The notes beneath the pieces are model-generated. The model was not told where the DNA came from. It searched no databases and was given only the letters and a program-made list of their open reading frames with translations. This document shows, piece by piece, positions 9,879-21,943 of a DNA stretch of 64,000 bases. Position 1 is the first letter of the stretch, and every line of letters begins with the position of its first letter. Location of the stretch: contig CM059425.1 in assembly GCA_030390025.1 (NCBI GenBank), positions 173,602,001 to 173,666,000 on the forward strand, read 5' to 3'. The stretch comes from Squalus acanthias. Lineage: Eukaryota. Both the position numbers and the translations under genes were made by a program.

Positions 9879-12800
9879 ACATAAGAACATAAGAAATAGG
9901 AGCAGGAGTAGGCCAATCGGCCCTTCGAGCCTGCTCCGCCATTCAATAAGATCATGGCTGATCTGATCCTCACCTCAAATCTAAAGAACACAAGAAGTAG
10001 GAGCAGGACCCGGCCACTCAGCCCCTGGGCCCGCTACGCCACCCACAGGGCCTCGACCGATCCGAACTCAGCCTCAGGTCCAATTTCCTGCCCGCTCCCC
10101 GTAACCCCTAATTCCCTTTACTTCTCGGAAACTGTCTATTTCTGTTTTAAATTTATTTAATGATGTAGCTTCCACAGCTTCCTGGGGCAGCAAATTCCAC
10201 AGACCTACTACCCTCTGAGTGAAGAAGTTTCTCCTCATCTCAGTTTTGAAAGAGCAGCCCCTTATTCTAAGATTATGCCCCCTAGTTCTAGTTTCACCCA
10301 TCCTTGGGAACATCCTTACCGCATCCACCCGATCAAGCCCCTTCACAATCTTATATGTTTCAATAAGATCGCCTCTCATTCTTCTGAACTCCAATGAGTA
10401 GAGTCCCAATCTACTCAACCTCTCCTCGTATGTCCACCCCCTCATCCCCGGGATTAACCGAGTGAACCTTCTTTGTACTGCCTCGAGAGCAAGTATGTCT
10501 TTTCTTAAGTATGGACACCAAAACTGTATGCAGTATTCCAGATGCGGTCTCACCAATACCTTATATAACTGCAGCAATACCTCCCTGTTTTTATAATCTA
10601 TCCCCTTAGCAATAAAAGCCAACATTCCGTTGGCCTTCTTGATCACCTGCTGTACCTGCATACTAACTTTTTGATTTTCTTGCACTAGGACCCCCAGATC
10701 CCTTTGTACTGCAGTACTTTCCAGTTTCTCGCCATTAAGATAATAACTTGCTCTCTGATTTTTCCTGCCAAAGTGCATAACCTCACATTTTCCAATATTG
10801 TATTGCATCTGCCAAATCTCTGCCCACTCACCCAGCTTGTCTATATCTCCTTGTAGGTTTTTTATGTCCTCCTCACTTTCTACTTTCCCTCCCATCTTTG
10901 TATCATCTGCAAACTTTGATATGTTACACTCGGTCCCCTCCTCCAAATCGTTAATATAGATTGTAAAGAGTTGGGGACCCAGCACCGACCCCTGAGGAAC
11001 ACCACTGGCTACTGGTTGCCAGTTCGAGAATGAACCATTTATCCCAACTCTCTGCTTCCTGTTAGATAACCAATCCTCCACCCATGCCAGAATATTCCCC
11101 CCAATCCAGTGATTTTTTATCTTGAGCAATAATCTTTTATGTGGCACCTTGTCGAATGCCTTCTGGAAGTCTAAATACACTACGTCCATTGGTTCCCCTT
11201 TATCCACCCTGTACGTTATGTCCTCAAAGAACTCAAGCAAATTTGTCAGACATGATTTCCCCTTCATAAAGCCATGCTGACTTTGTCCTATCAAATTATG
11301 TTTATCTAAATGTTCCGTTACTGTCTCCTTAATAATAGACTCCAAAATTTTACCCACCACAGATGTTAGACTAACTGGTCTATAATTTCCAGCTTTCTGC
11401 CTACTACCCTTTTTAAATAAGGGTGTTACATTAGCAGTTTTCCAATCTGCCGGGACCTTTGCTGATTCCAGGGAATTTTGGAAAATTATTACCAAAGTAT
11501 CCACAATCCCTATTGCCACTTCCCTCAAGACCCTAGGATGTAAGCCATCAGGTCCAGGGGATTTATCTGCCTTGAGTCCCATTATTTTACTGAGTACCAA
11601 TTCCTTAGTGATTTTAATCGTATTTAGCTCCTCCCCCCCTAGAGCCCCCTGTTTGTCCAGTGTTGGGATATTCTTAGTGTCCTCTACCGTAAAGACTGAA
11701 ACAAAATATTTGTTCAGCATTTTTGCCATCTCCATGTTTCCCACCATTAATTTCCCGGTCTCATCCTCTAAGGGACCTACGTTTGCCTTAGCCACCCTTT
11801 TTCTTTTTATATAACTATAGAAACTCTTGCTATCTGTTTTTATATTTTTTGCTAATTTATTTTCATAATCTATCTTCCCTTTCTTAATCAATCCTTTAGT
11901 TACTTTTTGCTGTCTTTTGAAGACTTCCCAATCTTCTATCCTCCCACTAAGTTTGGCTACCTTATATGTCCTTGTTTTTAGTTGGATACTATCCTTAATT
12001 TCTTTACTTAGCCACGGATGGCTGTCATTTCTTTTACACCCTTTTTTCCTCAGTGGAATATATATTTTTTGAAAGTTGTAAAATAACTCCTTAAATGAAC
12101 ACCACTGCTCATGTACCGTCTTACCCTTTAATCTATTTTCCCAGTCCACTTTAATCAATTCCGCTCTCATACCATCATAGTCTCCTTTATTCAAGCTCAG
12201 TACGCTTGTCTGAGAACCAACCTTCTCACCCTCTAATTGGATATGGAATTCAACCATGTTATGGTCACTCATTCCAAGGGGATCCTTAACTAGGACATTA
12301 TTAATTAATCCTGACTCATTACACAGGACCAGGTCCAAGGTTGCTTGCCCCCTTGTAGGATCAGTTACATACTGCTCAAGAAATTCATCCCTAATACACT
12401 CAATAAACTCTTCCTCAAGGCTGCCCTGCCCAATTTGATTTGTCCAGTTAATATGATAGTTAAAATCCCCCATAATTATAGCTGTTCCCTTATTACATGC
12501 CCCAACTATTTCCTGATTAATACTTCTTCCAGCAGAGTTGCAACTATTAGGAGGCCTATATACTACTCCCACTAGTGTTTTTTTCCCTTTATTATTCCTT
12601 ATCTCCACCCAAACTGTTTCATTATCCTGATCCTTTGACCCAATATCATTTCTCTGTAATACAGTGATTCCTTCCTTTATTAACATAGCTACCCCACCTC
12701 CTCTTCCTTCCTGTCTGTCCTTCCTGATTGTTAAATACCCTGGCATATTTAATTCCCAGTCGTTGTCACCCTGCAGCCATGTTTCTGTAATGGCCACAAG

Positions 12801-13000
12801 ATCATACCCATACGTAGTTATTTGTACCGTCAATTCGTCTATTTTGTTACGAATGCTGCGTGCATTCAGATAAAGAACTTTTAAATATGTTTTGTGACAA
12901 TTTATTCCTGCTTTTACCCCCTTTACTACTTTACCTTTATCTTTATATATTCTGTCCCTTCCTGACACGCTCTGGTTTTTAATTACCCCTTTAATTAATT
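9879..13000 (-). mobile_element. Young 5'-truncated CR1 LINE with intact ORF2 and doubled 3' tail
   Basis: (TTCTTATG)n-type terminal repeat; TSD AAAAGA; uninterrupted ORF2. Confidence 0.95.
10074..12968 (-). CDS. CR1 ORF2 polyprotein, APE endonuclease plus reverse transcriptase (964 codons, no stops; lacks its native ATG)
   Basis: APE motifs YLNARS, ITETWL, GDFN, LDLVL, SDHN; RT motifs KSPGPDG, NYRPVSLTS, YLDFQKAFDKV, GVPQGSVLGP, KFADD. Confidence 0.93.
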   Translation of the reverse strand: MSGRDRIYKDKGKVVKGVKAGINCHKTYLKVLYLNARSIRNKIDELTVQITTYGYDLVAITETWLQGDNDWELNMPGYLTIRKDRQEGRGGGVAMLIKEGITVLQRNDIGSKDQDNETVWVEIRNNKGKKTLVGVVYRPPNSCNSAGRSINQEIVGACNKGTAIIMGDFNYHINWTNQIGQGSLEEEFIECIRDEFLEQYVTDPTRGQATLDLVLCNESGLINNVLVKDPLGMSDHNMVEFHIQLEGEKVGSQTSVLSLNKGDYDGMRAELIKVDWENRLKGKTVHEQWCSFKELFYNFQKIYIPLRKKGCKRNDSHPWLSKEIKDSIQLKTRTYKVAKLSGRIEDWEVFKRQQKVTKGLIKKGKIDYENKLAKNIKTDSKSFYSYIKRKRVAKANVGPLEDETGKLMVGNMEMAKMLNKYFVSVFTVEDTKNIPTLDKQGALGGEELNTIKITKELVLSKIMGLKADKSPGPDGLHPRVLREVAIGIVDTLVIIFQNSLESAKVPADWKTANVTPLFKKGSRQKAGNYRPVSLTSVVGKILESIIKETVTEHLDKHNLIGQSQHGFMKGKSCLTNLLEFFEDITYRVDKGEPMDVVYLDFQKAFDKVPHKRLLLKIKNHWIGGNILAWVEDWLSNRKQRVGINGSFSNWQPVASGVPQGSVLGPQLFTIYINDLEEGTECNISKFADDTKMGGKVESEEDIKNLQGDIDKLGEWAEIWQMQYNIGKCEVMHFGRKNQRASYYLNGEKLESTAVQRDLGVLVQENQKVSMQVQQVIKKANGMLAFIAKGIDYKNREVLLQLYKVLVRPHLEYCIQFWCPYLRKDILALEAVQRRFTRLIPGMRGWTYEERLSRLGLYSLEFRRMRGDLIETYKIVKGLDRVDAVRMFPRMGETRTRGHNLRIRGCSFKTEMRRNFFTQRVVGLWNLLPQEAVEATSLNKFKTEIDSFREVKGIRGYGERAGNWT

Positions 13001-16000
13001 AAAAGAGACCCATCATCCTTTCCTGATAGGTATAACCTCGCATTTGTGGTATCATCCTTTTTATAATATGATGACCAGAACTATACACAGTACTCCAAGT
13101 GTGGTCTAACCAAGGTTTGATAAAAGTTTAGCATAACTTCTCTACTTTTCAATTCTATCCCTCTAGAAATAAACCCTAGTGCTTGGTTTGCTTTTTTATG
13201 GCCTCATTGATCTGCTGCGCAATTTTCAGTGATTTGTGTATTTGTACTTCTAGATCCCTTTGCTCCTCTACCCCATTTAGATTCTTAATTTCGAAGTAAT
13301 ATGCCTCCTTATTTTTCTTACCAAAATTTAATACCTCACACTTATCGATGTTGAAATTCATTTGGCAATTATATGCCCATTCTGCAAGTTTATTAATGTC
13401 GTCTTGTAATTTGTTGCAGTCCTGCTCAGTGTTGACTATCCCTCCCAATTTGGTGCCTGCAAATTTAGAAATTGTGTTTTTGATTCCAAAGTCTAAATCA
13501 TTACTTTAAGTTGTGAACAACATTGGTCCCAGCATTGATCCTTTTGGGACCCCACTTTCCCACCTTCTGCCACTGTGAATAGCTATCCTTCACCCCTACT
13601 CTCTGCTTTCGGTCTTGCAGCCAGCTAGCTATTCAGTCTGCTACTTGTCCCCTGACTCCACATGCTCTGACCTTATTCATTAGTCTATTATGTGATACCT
13701 TATCAAAGGCCTTTTGGAAATCTAGATGTATTACATCTACTATATTAACCTTGTCTACTCTCTGTTATCTCTTCAAAGAATTCAATCAGGTTGGTCTAGC
13801 AAGGCTTTCCCTTTTGAAATCCATGTTGACTATTCATTATTATATTTTTGGTTTCTAGATGTTTTTCTATTTTCTCCTTTTATAGGGATTCCATTATTTT
13901 TCCTACTACCGATGTTAAACTGACTGGTCTATGGTTCCCTGGACATGTTCTATCTCCCTTTTTAAATACAGGTATAACGTTAGCTATCCACCAGTCCTCT
14001 GGCACTATACCTTTTTCTAACGAATTGTTAAATATATGTAATCGTGCCTCTGCTATCTCTTCCCTAGATTCTTTTAAAATGCGCAGATGCAATCTGTTCG
14101 GACCAGGTGTTTTATCTTTTGAGTTTGATTAGTTTATTTACTATTTCTCCTTTTTAAAATTTTAAACATGATTATATCATTTCTGATCTCCTCTTCTGAT
14201 GTCCTGTCTCCCAGGTAAATACTGAAGCAAAATAATTATTTAATATTTCTACCATTTCGCTATCGCTGCCAGTGATTTTATCCTGAGCGCCCCTTAGTGG
14301 CCCTATTCCTGCCCCGACTCCTTTTTAAAAAATTTATGTGCCAGTCGAATATTTTACTATTTTGTCTTGTGTTCCTTTCTAATTCAGCTTCATAGTTCCT
14401 CTTTGCCTTCCTAATTGTTTTTTTGACTTCTCTCCTAGTCTCTTCATATTCACCCTTGTCATGCTCTCCTTGCTCTCCATGTACTTAGTGTATGTCTCTT
14501 TCATTACACTCAATTTTTCCCATGTGTCTTTATTCATTATTCTTTCTCCTGCTGCGAGCTAATCTCGTCAACCTCCTCCCTGCTCTGCCCCTCTGGACTC
14601 AGCCAGTAAATTAGGTATGATCCCCCCCACCCCCCTCTCTGCATTTCCCTTCAAAATGTGCGTTCACTTGTAAATAAAGGCCTTGCCATCCATGACCTTA
14701 TTGTGGACGATCAAATTGATATCATGGCATTGACGGAGAAATGGTTGGAGGGGTGATGACTCCTTTCCCCTTAATGAAGCTTCCCCACCTAGCTATACTT
14801 TCCACCATATTCCATGGCCAAACCGTCACGGTGGTGGTGTAGCCCTTGAATCTAAATCACACCGTAGTCTGTCTCCCTACTCCTCCGGCAACGTCTCCTT
14901 CGAGCATCTCGCCTTGTTCCACCCTCACGTCTCTCTTTTAAAATCCTTATTCTGTACAACCCACCCAAATACCACACCAATTTTCTCTGAGATATCTTCT
15001 CTGCTTTCCCACTTCTGCACCAAGTGATTCCTCATCCTCGGTGATTTCAACCTCAGCCTCAACTCTTCTTGCTCCCTCTCCTTTGAGTTCACTGCCCTCC
15101 TTTCTTCCCTTAATCTCGCCCTTCATGTCAACTCCCCCACCTATAGACACGGCCACCCCCTCGATCTTATCTTATCTTGCGTGGCCTCGCTAGCCTCTCT
15201 GTAACCATCACTTATAAGGCAATCTCCGACCATTTCCTTGCATCACTCTCTACCCATATTACCCTTCTCCCTCCTAAACCCACTTCTTTTCCTATCTGCC
15301 CCGGAAAAGGCTCTCCAAGTCCTTTACCACGGCACTTTCTTATTCCCAACTACCTAGCCTTTGGCCTACAATTCTTCGTGACATCTCTGCAGCTACTGCC
15401 TTACTAAACCACACCCTCTCCACCACCTTTGATGCCCTTGTCCCCACTAAAATATTACACTCTCTCACCCTAGTCATTCACCCTGGCATACCCCTCATCT
15501 CCGCTCCCTTAAGTCCAAGGAACACTGACTACTTGTCCACCAAAGACGTTCAAATCATCCATCACCAGATTTGGCTAGATCGTATAAAGCACTACCGGAT
15601 CCTGGTCTCCATCACTAAAACCGCCCATTATTTAAGACCTACCAGGATGGCAAAAATAACACCAGGCTTCTCTTCACCACTAACTGTCATCTCAAACCAT
15701 CCTCCCCTGCCTCCTCCTCCTCCCTCACCTCCAAAAATAAATGTGAGGAGCTCATGGACTACTTTGTTAAAAAGATAGACAACGTCCGTTCAACTTCTGC
15801 TTTCAATTCCCTCCCTTTTCCTTACCCATTTTCCCCCTGCCCTAACCCTTAAATTTGCATACTTTAATTTCTCTCCTATCGCCCCACTTGCCCTTTCAAA
15901 GCTCATCTTGTCAATGAGACTGACCTCCTGCTCTCTTGACTCAGTTCCTACTAAATTGCTGACCACCCAACTCCCCTTCCTGACTCCCATGTTAGTGGAT

Positions 16001-16490
16001 ATTGTTACTGGTGTGTTCTCCTCAGATATTGTCCCCCTTTCCTTCAAATCTGCATTCATCACCCCTCCCCTCAAAAAAAACCAACTCTTGACCCCCTCCG
16101 TCCTTGCAAACTATCACTGTATCTCCAACCTCCCTTTCCTCTCAAGTTCTTGAACTTATTGTCGCCTTCCAATTCCGTGCCTACCTTTCTCAGAACTCCT
16201 TGTTTGAATCCCTCCAATTAGGCTTCCGCCCCTGCCACAGTACCAAAACTGCTCTTGCCAAGGTCACACATGACATCCTAATTGACTGCGACAAAGGTAA
16301 TCTATCCCTTCTCATCCTTCTGGACCTGTCTGCAGCCTTTGACACCGCTGACCACAAAATTCTGCTCCATCGCCTCTCCACTGTCGTCCAGCTGGATGGG
16401 ATTGCACTCGCCTGGTTTCATTCCTATCTTTCCAGCCGTAACCTTAGAATCACCTGCAATGGCTTCTCTTCGCGACCCACGCAGTCACCT

Positions 16491-19400
16491 TTCAGAAAGG
16501 AAATAGAGAGAGTACAGCGCCAACATGTTCCTGTAAAGGTCAAGGGTGGGACCAACAAGTCTAGGGAACCCTGGATGTCGAGGGATATACAAGAATGGAT
16601 TAGGAAAAAAAGGGAGGCTTTTGGCAGATACAAAGGACTAAAAACAGTGGAAGCCCTAGAGGAGTATAGAAAGTGCAGGAGGGTACTTAAAAAAAGAAAT
16701 TAGGAGAGCGAAGAGGAGGCATGAAAAAACACTGGCGGGCAAAATAAAGGAAAATCCCAAGGTGTTTTATAAGGTGCCAGGGTCCGTGACGTCTCGGACC
16801 GTGTTTTCAGAATCCTCAAAGGGGAGGGGGAACAATCACAAGTCGTGGTACACATCGGTACCAACGACATAGGTAGGAGAAGGGATGGGGATTTAAAACA
16901 GGAATTTAGGGAGCTAGGTTGGAAGCTGAGAGCCAGTACAAACCATGTTGTAATTTCTGGTTTGTTGCCGGTGCCACGTGCTAGCGAGTTGAGGAACAGG
17001 GAGAGAGTGCAGATAAACACGTGGCTGCAGGGATGGTGTAGCGGGGAGGGTTTCAGTTATGTGGATAATTGGAGCACATTCTGGGGAAGGTGGGACCTGT
17101 ACAAACAGGACGGTTTGCACCTGAACCAGAGGGGCACCAATATCCTGGGAGGGAAATTTGCTACGGCTCTTCGGGGGGGTTTAAACTAATTTGTCAGGGG
17201 GATGGGAAAAAGGGCTGTAGTCCAGGAGCCAGTGGTGAGTGTAGGGAGGTACTGAGGAGGGTATCAAGGTCGCAGGAATGTACCGGCAGACAGGAAGCTG
17301 GCTTGAAGTGTGTCTACTTCAATGCAAGGAGCATCCGGAATAAGGTAGGAGAACTTGGAGCGTGAATTGGTACTTGGGACTACGATGTGGTGGCCATTAC
17401 GGAGACATGGTTAGAACAGGGACAGGAATGGTTGTTGGAAGTTCCGGGGTATAGATGTTTCAGTAAGAGTAGGGAAGTTGGTAAGAAAGGTGGAGGAGTA
17501 GCATTGTTAATCAAGGATAGTTTAACAGCGGCAGAAAGGCAGTTCGAGGGGGATCTGCCGTCTGAGGTAATATGGGCTGAAGTTAGAAATAGGAAAGGAG
17601 CGGTCACGTTGTTAGGAGTTTTCTACAGGCCCCCAAATAGTAATAGAGATGTGGAGGAAGAAATTGCAAAGCAGATTATGAATAGGTGTGGAGGTCACAG
17701 AGTAGTTGTCATGGGTGACTTCAACTTTCCAAATATTGATTGGAACCTTTATAGGTCAAACAGTTCGGATGGGATAGTTTTTGCACAGTGTGTGCAGGAG
17801 GGTTTCCTGACACAATATGTGGATAGGCCGACAAGAGCTGGGGCCACGTTGGATTTGGTACTGGGTAATGAACCGGGCCAAGTGTTTGATTTGTATGTGG
17901 GAGAGCACTTTGGAGATAGTGACCACAATTCGGTAACTTTCACTATTGCAATGGAGAGGGATAGGGCCATACGGCAGGGCATGGTTTATAATTGGGGGAG
18001 GGGTAATTATGATGCGATTAGGCAAGAATTAGGGAGTATGAGATGGGAACAGAAACTATCAGGGAAAGGCACAAACGAAAAGTGGAGCTTTTTCATGGAG
18101 CAATTACTGCGTGTCCTTGATAGGTATGTCCCTGTCAGGCAGGGAGGAAATGGCTGAGTGAGAGAACCATGGTTCACAAAAGAGGTTGAATGTCTAGTCA
18201 AGAGGAAAAAGGAAGCGTATGTAAGGATGAGAAAACAAGGTTCAGTTGGGTCGATTGAGGGGTACAAGGTAGCAAGGAATGAGCTAAAAAAAGAGCTTAG
18301 GAGAGCTAGGAGGGGGCATGAGAGTCCTTGGCGGGTCGGATCAAGAAAAACCCCAAGGCCTTTTACTCTTATGTGAGAAATAAAAGAATGACCAGGGTGA
18401 GGGTAGGGCCGGTCAAGGACAGTAGTGGGAACTTGTGCATGGAGTCAGAAGAGATAGGAGAGGTGATGAATGAATACTTTTTGTCAGTGTTCATCGAGGA
18501 GAGGGGCCATGTTCTTGAGGATGAGAGTGTGATAAAGGTGGATAGGCTGGAGGTGGTAGATGTTCTGAGGGAAGATGTTTTAGCAATTTTGAAGAACCTG
18601 AGGGTCGATAAGTCCCCTGGGCCAGATGGGATATATCCTAGGATTCTTTGGGAGGCAAGGGAGGAGATTGCAGAGCCTCTGGCTTTGATCTTTGGGTCCT
18701 CACTGTCCACGGGGATGGTGCCAGAGGACTGGAGAGTGGCGAATGTTGTTCCTCTCTTCAAGAAAGGAAATAGGAATGACCCTGGTAATTATAGGCCGGT
18801 TAGTCTTACTTCGGTGGTTGGTAAGATAATGGAAAAGGTCCTGAGGGATAGGATTTATGACCATTTGGAAAGGGGCAACTTAATCAGGGATAGTCAACAC
18901 GGATTCGTGAAGGGTAAGTCTTGCCTAACAAATTTGATTGAATTCTTTGAGGAGGTAACTAAGTGTGTAGATGAAGGTAGAGCAGTTGATGTCGTATACA
19001 TGGATTTTAGTAAGGCGTTTGATAAGGTTCCCCATGGTCGGCTCATGAAGAAAGTAAGGAGTTGTGGGATAGAGGGAAATTTGGCCGATTGGATAAGTAA
19101 CTGGCTATCTCATAGAAGGCAGAGGGTGGTGGTGGATGGAACATTTTCGGACTGGAGACCAGTTACCAGCGGTGTGCCACAGGGGTCGGTGCTGGGTCCT
19201 CTGCTGTTTGTGATTTTTATCAATGACTTGGAGGAGGGGACTGAAGGGTGGATCAGTAAATTTGCTGATGACACCAAGATTGGTGGAGCAGTGGATGAGG
19301 TGGAGGGCTGTTGTAGGCTGCAAAGAGACATTGATAGGATGCAGAGCTGGGCCGAAAAATGGCAGATGGAATTTAACCCTGATAAGTGCGAGGTGATTCA

Positions 19401-21943
19401 TTTTGGTAGGGCAAATTTGAATAAGGATTACAGGGTCAACGGCAGGGTTCTGAGGAACGTGGAGGAGCAGAGGGATCTGGGGGTTCATATCCACAGATCT
19501 CTGAAGGTTGCCACTCAAGTGGATAGAGCAGTAAAGAAGGCCTATGGTGTGTTGGCGTTTATTAACAGAGGGTTTGAGTTTAAGAACCGTGAGGTTATGC
19601 TGCAACTGTACAGGACCTTGGTGAGACCACATTTGGAATATTGTGTGCAGTTCTGGTCACCTCACTATAGGAAGGACGTGGAAGCATTGGAAAGAGTGCA
19701 AAGGAGATTTACCAGGATGCTGCCTGGTTTGGGGGGGGAGGTCTTATGAGGAAAGATTGAGGGAGTTGGGGCTTTTCTCTTTAGAGCGGAGGAGGATGAG
19801 AGGCGACTTAATAGAGGTTTATAAGATGATGAGGGGGATAGATAGAGTGGATGTTCAGAGACTATTTCCTCGGGTAGAGGCAGCTGTTACAAGGGGGCAT
19901 AACTATAAGGTGCATGGGGGGAGATATAGAAGGGATGTCCGAGGTAGATTCTTTACTCAGAGAGTGGTTGGGGTGTGGAATGGACTGCCTGCTGTGATAG
20001 TGGAGTCGGACACTTTAGGAACTTTCAAGCGGTTATTGGATAAGCACATGGAGCACACCAGAGTGATAGGGAGTGTGATAGCTTGATCTTGGTCTCGGAC
20101 AATGCTCGGCACAACATCGAGGGCTGAAGGGCCTGTACTGTGCTGTACTGTTCTATAAGTATATTAAGGGCAAGAGGATAACCAGGGAAAGAGTAGGGAC
20201 CATTAGGGACCAAAGTGGCAATCTGTGTGTAGAGCTGGAAGATGTAGGTGAGGTTTTAAACGAATATTTTGCATCTGTGTTCACTATGGAGAAGGACAAT
20301 GTAGGCATAGAAATCAGGCAGGGGGATTGTGATATACTTGAACAAATTAGCATTGAGAGGGAGGAGGTACTAGCGGTTTTAGCGGGCTTAAAAGTGGATA
20401 AATCCCCAGGCCCAGACGAGATGTATCCCAGGCTGCTGTGTGAGGCAAGGAAGGAGATTGCAGGGGCTCTGACACAAATTTTCAGAACCTCTCTGGCCAC
20501 AGGGGAGGTGCCAGAGGACTGGAGGACAGCTAACGTAGTACCATTATTCAAGAAGGGTAGTAGGGATAAAACAGGGAATTACAAGCCAGTGAGCCTAACA
20601 TCAGTGATCGGGAAATTATTGGAAAAAATTCTGAGGGACAGAATTAGTCTCCACTTAGAGAAGCAAGGATTAATCAAGGATAGTCAGCATGGCTTTGTCA
20701 GGGGGAGATCACGTCTGACTAATTTGATTGAATTTTTCGAGGGGGTGACTAGGTGTGTGGATGAGGGTAGTGCAGTTGATGTCGTCTACATGGACTTCAG
20801 TAAGGCTTTTGACAGAGTCCCACATGGGAGACTGGTCAAGAAGGTAAGAGCCCATGGGATGCAGGGCAATTTGGCACATTGGATCCAAAATTGGCTTAGT
20901 GGCAGGAAGCAGAGGGTGATGGTCGAAGGTTGTTTTTGTGACTGGAAACCTGTGTCCAGTGGTGTACCGCAGGGATCGGTGCTGGGTCCCTTGCTGTTTG
21001 TAGTGTACATTAATGATTTAGATATGAATGTAGGAGGTATGATCAGTAAGTTTGCAGATGACATGAAAATTGGTGGCGTGGTAAATAGCGAGGAGGGAAG
21101 CCTCAGGCTACAGGACGATATAGACGGGTTGGTCAGATGGGCAGAACAGTGGCAAATGGAATTTAACCCTGAAAAGTGTGAGGTGATGCATTTTGGGAGG
21201 ACTAACAAGGCAAGGGAATACACAATGAATGGTAGGACCCTAGGAAGGACAGAGGATCAAAGGGACCTTGGTGTGCATGTGCATAGACAGGTAGATAAGG
21301 TGGTTAAGAAGACATATGGGATACTTGCCTTCATTAGCTGAGGCATAGAATATAAGAGCAGAGAGGTTATAATGGAGCTGTACAAAACGCTAGTTAGGCC
21401 ACAGCTGGAATACTGTGTGCAGTTCTGGTCGCCACACTATAGGAAGGATGTGATTGCATTGGAGAGGGTGCAGAGGAGATTCACCAGGATGTTACCTGGG
21501 CTGGAGCGTTTCAGCTATGAAGAGAGACTGGACAGGCTGGGGTTGTTTTCCTTAGAGCAGAGGAGGCTGAGGGGGGACCTGATTGAGGTGTACAAAATTA
21601 TGAGGGGCATAGATAGGGTAGATAGAAAGGAACTTTTCCCCTTAGTAGAGGGGTCAATAACCAGGGGGCATAGTTTCAAGGTAAGGGGCAGGAGGTTTAG
21701 AGGGGATTTGAGGAAAAACTTTTTCACCCAGAGGGTGGTTGGAATCTGGAACTCACTGCCTGAAGGGGTGGTAGAGGCAGGAACCCTCAACATTCAAGAA
21801 GCATTTAGATGAGCACTTGAAACGCCACAGCATACAAGGCTACGGACCAAGTGCTGGAAAATGGGATTAGAATAGACAGGGCTTGATTGCCGGCGCAGAC
21901 ACGATGGGCCGAAGGGCCTATTTCTGTGCTGTATAACTCTATG
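16491..21943 (+). mobile_element. CR1 family A, 5'-truncated copy (16491-16773 plus 20154-21943) nested in the L2
   Basis: RT ORFs 20277..21341 and 21372..21812; tail ctgtataactctatg; flanking ACCT repeat (16487-90, 21944-47); near-identical to the minus copy at 33604-40834. Confidence 0.9.
16774..20153 (+). mobile_element. CR1 family B copy (ORF1 esterase 3' half plus full ORF2 with a few stops and frameshifts) nested in CR1-A
   Basis: VHIGTND...DGLHLN esterase; APE 17387..18157; RT 18328..20086; TSD TATAAG (16768-73, 20154-59). Confidence 0.92.

Noticed and set aside
18369..21793. Numerous 100-175 aa ORFs antisense to LINE RT regions
   Set aside because: Shadow ORFs of CR1 coding sequence that recur opposite each copy.
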